The position numbers were made by a program, and so were the translations under genes. Of a stretch of DNA of 64,000 nucleotides, positions 60,028-64,000 are shown in pieces (position 1 is the stretch's first letter; every line of letters starts with the position of its first letter). The DNA is taken from NCBI GenBank assembly GCA_017513085.1, contig JAFWDK010000009.1:64001-128000 (forward strand). Reading direction: 5' to 3'. The stretch is from Clostridiales bacterium. Its GTDB lineage: Bacteria > Bacillota > Clostridia > Saccharofermentanales > Saccharofermentanaceae. The notes below the pieces were generated by a model, which saw only the letters and a list, made by a program, of their open reading frames with translations, was not told where the DNA came from and did not search any database.

Positions 60028-60115
60028 GATTTCACGGCGTGTTCTCCGTTCGGAAAGAAAAGTAGTATAATATTTCTGGATTTCAGAAACGACCCAAAGA
60101 AGGGAGAAATAGATT

Positions 60116-61303
60116 TTGAAGATCGGAATCTACGGCGGGGCATTTGACCCTTTCCACAACGGACATCTTTCCATGATCAGAGGTGCGATTGCCAGCAAGA
60201 AGGTAGATCGCGTGATCGTGATCCCTACGGGGATGCCGTGTTTTAAACCGGCACGAAAGGTGACTTTATCTCCATATCGTTACTATATGGTCAAATCTGC
60301 ACTCAAGGATGAACCCAAGTGTGAGGTTTGCGATATTGAGCAAGTGTTCGGCGAACCCAGCTATACGGTTACGACATTGCAAAAACTCCGACAGCAGAAG
60401 GTGGTTTCGGAGAAAGACGAACTGTTCCTGATGTGCGGTTCGGATATTCTTTTCGAATTTGAGTCGTGGTATAAGCCTGATGAGATACTGAAACAAGCAA
60501 ATCTGCTATGCGCGGTACGCCCCGGTATGGACGAGGGAGCAGTCCGCAATGAGGCATCCCATCTGGAAGAGCATTTTAAGACGAAGATCAGGTTTTTCAA
60601 GATCGATGGAGTTAAGGTGGCTTCAAGTGTTCTGCGAAAGGATGGAAACTACGAGAATGTTCCTGCCGTGGTGAGTGCTTTTATCAAGACAAACGGCCTC
60701 TACTGTGAGGATGCGCCGTTGATGCATGTTTCCGATGAGATGTATAAGACGCTGATGGCGCATAGTTTTACGCTTTTCCGAGAAATGAGCGGGAAGAGGC
60801 TTCTCCATAGCATGAATGTATGTATCCTGGCTACACGTTATGCTCTCCGATTTGGAGCGGATCCGGATAAGTGCGCACTGGCGGCGCTTCTCCATGATTG
60901 TGCAAAAGAACTTCCTGAACAACAGCAGATCGATCTTGCATCGGAGATCATCCACGGATATATTCCGGGCAAACAGATCCTGCATTCACCGGCCGGCGCC
61001 GTCTATGCACGGCATCACTATGGCGTGGAAGATCAGGAGGTGCTCGATGCGATCCAGTTCCATACTGTCGGCCGTGAGATCATGACGATAACGGACAAGA
61101 TCGTCTATCTGGCCGATAAGCTAGAGCCGGCCAGGGATTATGATGATCTTTCCTTGATCCGTGAACTGGCCGAACATGACTTAAATGCGGCTTTGATCGA
61201 GTGCTACTGCGCGATCAAAGAGAGCTTCGCGAGAAAAGGACAAGTGATCCATGAGGATACACAGAGATCGCTGGCGTATCTTCTTGCTAACCGTTCCCAG
61301 TGA
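60116..61303 (+). CDS. nadD: Nicotinate-nucleotide adenylyltransferase fused to a YqeK-type HD-domain Ap4A hydrolase
   Basis: GGAFDPFHNGH, SYT, GSD, ASS.LR; then RLLHS, LLHDCAK, HSPAG, FHTVG, YLADKLEP. Confidence 0.9.
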   Translation: MKIGIYGGAFDPFHNGHLSMIRGAIASKKVDRVIVIPTGMPCFKPARKVTLSPYRYYMVKSALKDEPKCEVCDIEQVFGEPSYTVTTLQKLRQQKVVSEKDELFLMCGSDILFEFESWYKPDEILKQANLLCAVRPGMDEGAVRNEASHLEEHFKTKIRFFKIDGVKVASSVLRKDGNYENVPAVVSAFIKTNGLYCEDAPLMHVSDEMYKTLMAHSFTLFREMSGKRLLHSMNVCILATRYALRFGADPDKCALAALLHDCAKELPEQQQIDLASEIIHGYIPGKQILHSPAGAVYARHHYGVEDQEVLDAIQFHTVGREIMTITDKIVYLADKLEPARDYDDLSLIRELAEHDLNAALIECYCAIKESFARKGQVIHEDTQRSLAYLLANRSQ

Positions 61304-61354
61304 AGGGGGCGGCACCATCAGCTCTAGCCGGGAAATGAAAACGGATAAGTGCTT

Positions 61355-61382
61355 TTGAAGAAGAACGATTTACGTGTATAAT
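61355..61382 (+). promoter_or_regulatory. rsfS promoter
   Basis: TTGAAG-16 nt-TATAAT. Confidence 0.55.
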
Positions 61383-61437
61383 AGAAACAAGATAAATATT
61401 CGTAGTAGAGAGCTACGTAGGGTCTGGGAGGAAGTAA

Positions 61438-61776
61438 ATGGAAATAAAAGAAATGGCAAATGCGATCGTGACGATCCTGGAGAACAAGAAAGCGATTGAC
61501 GTGGAGTTGATCCCTGTTGCTGAGAAGACTGTGTTGGCTGATTATTTTGTTATCTGCTCGGGTACTTCTTCGACACATATCAAGGCTCTCGCGGATGAAG
61601 TCGAGTTCATGATGAAGCGTGATCATGATATTGTTCCGGATCATATTGAAGGTCGTGATACAGCCAGATGGATCCTTCTGGACTATAAAGATGTAGTCGT
61701 ACATATTTTCCATCCGGAGGAGCGTCAGAATTATAGTCTGGAGAAACTCTGGGAGATGAAGAAATCTGCAGAATAA
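61438..61776 (+). CDS. rsfS: Ribosome silencing factor
   Basis: KKAID, ADYFVICSG, WILLDY.DVVVHIF, RQNYSLEKLW. Confidence 0.96.
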   Translation: MEIKEMANAIVTILENKKAIDVELIPVAEKTVLADYFVICSGTSSTHIKALADEVEFMMKRDHDIVPDHIEGRDTARWILLDYKDVVVHIFHPEERQNYSLEKLWEMKKSAE

Positions 61777-61803
61777 GTCTGCTGAATAAGTGCTGTGAAA
61801 AAG
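61765..61803 (+). repeat. Tandem 13-bp duplication spanning the rsfS stop codon
   Basis: TCTGCAGAATAAG TCTGCTGAATAAG TGCTGTGAAAAAG. Confidence 0.7.
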
Positions 61804-62598
61804 AAAGCATCGAATGTAATTATTCTCCTTGTTTTCTGTGTCTGGATCACAGTTATTATCGTTTGCCTTGTTAAGATCGTTCGTGCAGAACGTTACAGTA
61901 TTTCGTATGGGAATTTCCCCCGAATAACTATTACAGATGATAGTTTTAATGCATTTTCCGTAGAGGGAAGCGGTAGGAGCGACTTTGCGCCTGGACCGGA
62001 TGAGGAGATTCGTTTCCATCGTTTCGGAGCAGGTGACATATTCGGTGATTTTGGTTACAGGATCGAGGATGGGTGCATTTTTACCGGGGATGGTACCCAT
62101 AACAGATATATCGACATCGAAAATTCGCATGTTTTTCGAGTTAGTGAAGGGAAGAAGATTGAGTTAAATAAATATGAAATCTCTGCCTTGTTGCTTCGGG
62201 TGACCGAGGGAACTTCTGAAAATGTTAAGTTTACAGCTATCCTTAGTGGCGAACAATATAAAAACTTCAAAGGTGTCGAGTGTGCCGGTGAATATGAAGG
62301 TGTGCTTGCCATCAATAAATCCGTGATATCTATTCCTTGTGAGTCTACTGACTTTGAGAAAGTCCGGGCAAAAGTGATCAAAGAACAGCTTCCCCACCTC
62401 ATATTCTGTGTTTTCATATCGCTTCTGGCATTCGCCGTGGTTTCGATTCCGTTGATCGCATTGGCAAAAAATAGGGCTATGATAGGTTTGCTGATCTATT
62501 TTATAACCATGCTTGTTGCCGTGATCATAGTCGTCCATTTCTTTTGCGATATTTGTTATTCAGCAATCGGGGTGAACTATTCGGAATACTTTTGGTGA
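61795..62598 (+). CDS. Hypothetical membrane protein (1 N-terminal TM, 2 C-terminal TM), AT-rich
   Basis: 267-aa ORF with GTG start; weak RBS. Confidence 0.65.
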   Translation: MKKKASNVIILLVFCVWITVIIVCLVKIVRAERYSISYGNFPRITITDDSFNAFSVEGSGRSDFAPGPDEEIRFHRFGAGDIFGDFGYRIEDGCIFTGDGTHNRYIDIENSHVFRVSEGKKIELNKYEISALLLRVTEGTSENVKFTAILSGEQYKNFKGVECAGEYEGVLAINKSVISIPCESTDFEKVRAKVIKEQLPHLIFCVFISLLAFAVVSIPLIALAKNRAMIGLLIYFITMLVAVIIVVHFFCDICYSAIGVNYSEYFW

Positions 62599-62671
62599 CA
62601 AATGCTCATCCGACTTGTGAGACTCCGGGAGACGGAGAAGCCCGATGAGTACACTTTCTTATTAAATGTAT

Positions 62672-62723
62672 TCAAGTTTAACTTGAGTTCGTTCTTGAAA
62701 CTTCTATTCCCACTCGCTACAAT
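62672..62723 (+). promoter_or_regulatory. Palindromic operator plus sigma-A promoter
   Basis: TCAAGTT-T-AACTTGA (62672-62686) just upstream of TTGAAA-17 nt-TACAAT. Confidence 0.7.
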
Positions 62724-62767
62724 GAAAACGTAAGATCCTCTATTCTATAGATGAAGGAGGTGATTAC

Positions 62768-63283
62768 ATGAAAACAACAGATATCAAGTACTATTTGATT
62801 CGAGGCAAGACACTCGCCAAGAGGGAAGAAGGTTACAACTGCTTCTTGTTCAATGATGGTAAGTGGGATTGGGATGAGAAGAATGTGCTCTTAGATCGTC
62901 TTGTTGGTTACGATCCTGACGAGCCTGATGATTCCCCGTACAAGACCGGCAGCTCTTGCGTAATGAATGAGATAGAAGAACTGACATTCGAAGAAGCCAT
63001 GAGGATCCTCAATGAGAAGACGATCGGGTTTCTCATCAGAAAGTGGAAAGACGATCTGGCAGCGGTGAAGACGGAATGGGATGAGAAGCCCGGTTGGCCG
63101 GCCAAATTGGTGACGACGTCTTTTATTCTGAATGGAATGAAGTACACCCTTGTTCCGGAAGACCTCGGTCTGACAGATGATTGCTGGGACCAGGGCTTGA
63201 TGGAAAAGTTCCAAGGCGAGATTTGTAAAGTCTTGAAAAAATACGGCGCAACGAGTGTAGTAAACAGCGGGTTTATTGATTAG
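62768..63283 (+). CDS. Hypothetical protein (N-terminal half resembles toxSAS immunity-type proteins)
   Basis: AAGGAGG RBS; KYY...GKWDWD...DRLVGYD...EELTFEEA pattern. Confidence 0.7.
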   Translation: MKTTDIKYYLIRGKTLAKREEGYNCFLFNDGKWDWDEKNVLLDRLVGYDPDEPDDSPYKTGSSCVMNEIEELTFEEAMRILNEKTIGFLIRKWKDDLAAVKTEWDEKPGWPAKLVTTSFILNGMKYTLVPEDLGLTDDCWDQGLMEKFQGEICKVLKKYGATSVVNSGFID

Positions 63284-63292
63284 GAGAGTACC

Positions 63293-64000
63293 ATGAGCAT
63301 CGGAAGTAACATCAGAAGAATGCGAGAAGAGCGCAAGCTCACTCAAGAACAGGTTGCAGATCAGTTGGACGTTACTTTTCAGGCGGTATCGTCATGGGAG
63401 AGGGACGAATACAGACCGGATACCGAAAAACTGATCAGACTGGCAAAACTCTTCGATGTCTCCGTCTCCGCGCTGGTGGAAGAACGAAGGAGCTTTTTCA
63501 GGACGAAAGAAACTATCTACGACTGGCAGCACATGAAGACATATGTAAAAGCAACGGCGAAGACGCTTGCTTTGAAAGATACTCTCAAGGCGGTCGACTA
63601 TGCGGTTGAAGCGCATAAGGACCAGAAGAGAAAGAAATCGGATGTGCCGTATATCTATCACCCGCTTAATATGGCCTGCCATGTTTTATCGATGAGTATT
63701 ACGGATGATCAGGTGATTGCGGCATGTCTTCTCCACGATGTGATCGAAGACTGTGGCAAGAGCCTTGATGACCTTCCTGTAAGGAATGAGACGCGCGAGA
63801 TCGTTCGGCTTCTCAGTCATGTGAAAACGACAGATGAGAACCGTGATGAAATCATGACGGCTTATTACGAAGGGATTGCCTCCGATCCCAAAGCGGCCCT
63901 GGTCAAATGTGTTGACAGGTGCAATAACATTACGACGATGTGCTGGGGATTGCGCCGGGAACGGATCTATCGCATGATCAAAGAAACCGAGCAATACTTC
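63293..64000 (+). CDS. XRE-family HTH fused to a RelA/SpoT-type HD hydrolase (SAH/Mesh1-like); runs off the window
   Basis: Absent from the ORF track because it has no stop in the window. Hand translation: MSIGSNIRRMREERKLTQEQVADQLDVTFQAVSSWE...AHKDQKRK..PYIYHP...LLHDVIED...VKCVDRCNN; AGGAG RBS. Confidence 0.9.
   Translation, partial: MSIGSNIRRMREERKLTQEQVADQLDVTFQAVSSWERDEYRPDTEKLIRLAKLFDVSVSALVEERRSFFRTKETIYDWQHMKTYVKATAKTLALKDTLKAVDYAVEAHKDQKRKKSDVPYIYHPLNMACHVLSMSITDDQVIAACLLHDVIEDCGKSLDDLPVRNETREIVRLLSHVKTTDENRDEIMTAYYEGIASDPKAALVKCVDRCNNITTMCWGLRRERIYRMIKETEQYF

Overview
Mostly housekeeping chromosome of an anaerobic Clostridia-class bacterium. The DUF4214/LRR surface protein, GH95, Re-citrate synthase and ferredoxin:thioredoxin reductase suggest a rumen/gut Saccharofermentans- or Oscillospirales-like organism (inference). 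About 52 CDS are supported, including nadE, proS, feoAB, rpmF, der, typA, mltG, glgP, putP, trxA, purE-F-N-H/purD, a nadD-yqeK fusion and rsfS. No rRNA, tRNA, CRISPR array, integrase or transposase was found. Main observations: (1) an unannotated ~180-nt structured RNA with exposed C-rich, anti-Shine-Dalgarno-like loops and its own terminator, divergent from an AraC regulator; (2) two paralogous membrane proteins, each with a duplicated [Tim44-like + Zn-ribbon] module, flanking purD, plus a Zn-ribbon/SPFH pair; (3) a putative autoregulated cassette at the window end, with a toxSAS-immunity-like protein and an XRE-HTH/alarmone-hydrolase fusion; (4) a two-domain NAD synthetase whose glutaminase Cys is replaced by His, with milder erosion in PurF; (5) a glycogen phosphorylase with a histone-H1-like basic N-terminal tail; (6) an ECF sigma/anti-sigma locus collapsed by deletion. 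All family calls come from motif recognition by eye; no searches were run.
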